From: Lama guanicoe
Lineage: Eukaryota
DNA length: 64,000 nt
Reading direction: 5' to 3'
NCBI GenBank assembly: GCA_013239625.1
Contig: MU053559.1
Location: 930,001-994,000 of the forward strand
Under the pieces are notes generated by a model. That model was not told where the DNA came from. It did no database searches and saw nothing but the letters and a program-made list of their open reading frames with translations. Positions 62,812-64,000 of this stretch are shown piece by piece (positions within the stretch are counted from its first letter, which is position 1; each line of letters begins with the position of its first letter). Both the position numbers and the translations under genes were made by a program.

Positions 62812-63799
62812 GGAGCCTAGGACTTTGTCAAGACGGGCTGAGGTGGGGCTGGGCAGGTGCCATGGGGCTCCTAGAAGACAGAGGAGGAATTCAGAGGCCC
62901 AGTGATGATAGTCTGGAAGCAAAATGGCAGAGGACAAAAAACTCAGTCTCCGGGCTCCACGTCACCCCCTGTAGCCTAATTTCCACGCAGCCCAAGGGAT
63001 CTACTTCCTCCTCTGCTCAGCCCCTCCTGTTGTTTGTCTCACACTTGAGTGACAAGGTCTCGGATTCACTACATAGGGCGGGGTGGGGTGGGGGGTAGGA
63101 CGGAATGAGAGGCAGCACACACTGTCCCAGAGGGCACAGGAGCACATAAGTCTCTGTGCTGGGGACTAACGGGGAAGTCGGCACGCACTGCACTGGGGCG
63201 TGTCAGGTACATAATGGACATGAACAGGCTGTCCTGGCTTTCTAAAGGAGAAGAGGGGTTATCAGATACTCTGGTGTAGGAGGAGTCACAGACAGGGTGA
63301 TGGGGAACTAACAGAGGATCATCAGACACTGCCCACAGTCTGGGGGAAATGGAAATTGCACCAAACAATGTCCTTAAGGGCACTGTGGACATCCCTTAGC
63401 CCTGGGCTGTGATGATGGTAGGTTCAATGATACTGTGTTAGGTGGCAAGTGGGAGTCACCAGACGGTGATGAGGAGTTCATGGAGGCTCAGCAGACACTA
63501 TGCTGAGGGGGAGATGTAACAGGGGTCACTAGAGACTGGGGAGAAGAGTGGATAATGGGTGTCACCAGACATTGTCATGGGGGAAAGGAGGATAATAATG
63601 CATCACCAGGCATGGCTGAGGGGAGATAAATGGGGTTAAAGTGGGGGTGGGACGGAGGGCGTTCCAAAATTCTCCCTCACAACTAATGAAGGGGTCGCAG
63701 ACATAGTACTGGTAATAATGGAAGGAGGCTGGGGAGGGTTAAAGAGGAGCAATGGGGGAATCCTCAAACAGTCTCCTAGTGGGTTAGACATTGATCCAG

Positions 63800-64000
63800 A
63801 ACAAGGAAAGCGAGGAGTGAGCGGCGTCTTCGCGTATTCCGGTTGGTGGTAAGGAAGGGTCATCAGATACCTTAGAGAAGTTAAGAGGGACTCCAGGCAG
63901 GACACACCACAACCCAAACCCCAGTCGACCCGGCCCCGCCCACCGAGAGCCTTCCAGCTCTGCGCAGGCGCGCTGCCACACGCGACGGGCGAAACCATCC
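63800..64000 (-). promoter_or_regulatory. ARAF: Edge of the ARAF 5' CpG island
   Basis: CpG density rises at the window end; exon 1 is not contained in the window. Confidence 0.6.

Overview
Mammalian genomic DNA, the eutherian X-linked CFP-SYN1-TIMP1-ARAF block. Five copies of a tRNA-derived SINE resembling camelid Vic-1 suggest a camel, alpaca or llama (inference). It contains complete coding exons for properdin CFP (+, 2586-8535) and synapsin I SYN1 (+, 12802-52960, with Ia/Ib alternative acceptors and a perfect REST site). TIMP1 is nested antisense in SYN1 intron 5 (-, 40360-42837). ARAF lies on the minus strand (54317-62811), with its non-coding exon 1 just outside the window. All exons were traced by splice signals and reading frame. 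Main anomalies: (1) ARAF lacks the end of micro-exon 8 and almost all of intron 8, giving a frameshift before the kinase domain unless a cryptic splice site rescues it; (2) an ARAF minor-spliceosome-type intron has GT-GG ends; (3) CFP has a 30-bp duplication in the signal peptide and a +1 frameshift that removes its acidic tail; (4) long degenerate tandem arrays built on an L2-tail-like motif lie in SYN1 intron 1 and CFP intron 2; (5) an orphan promoter-like motif cluster follows CFP; (6) a two-LTR MaLR/ERVL provirus with a TSD and pol remnants lies in SYN1 intron 1. Comparisons with human are from recall, not from a search.
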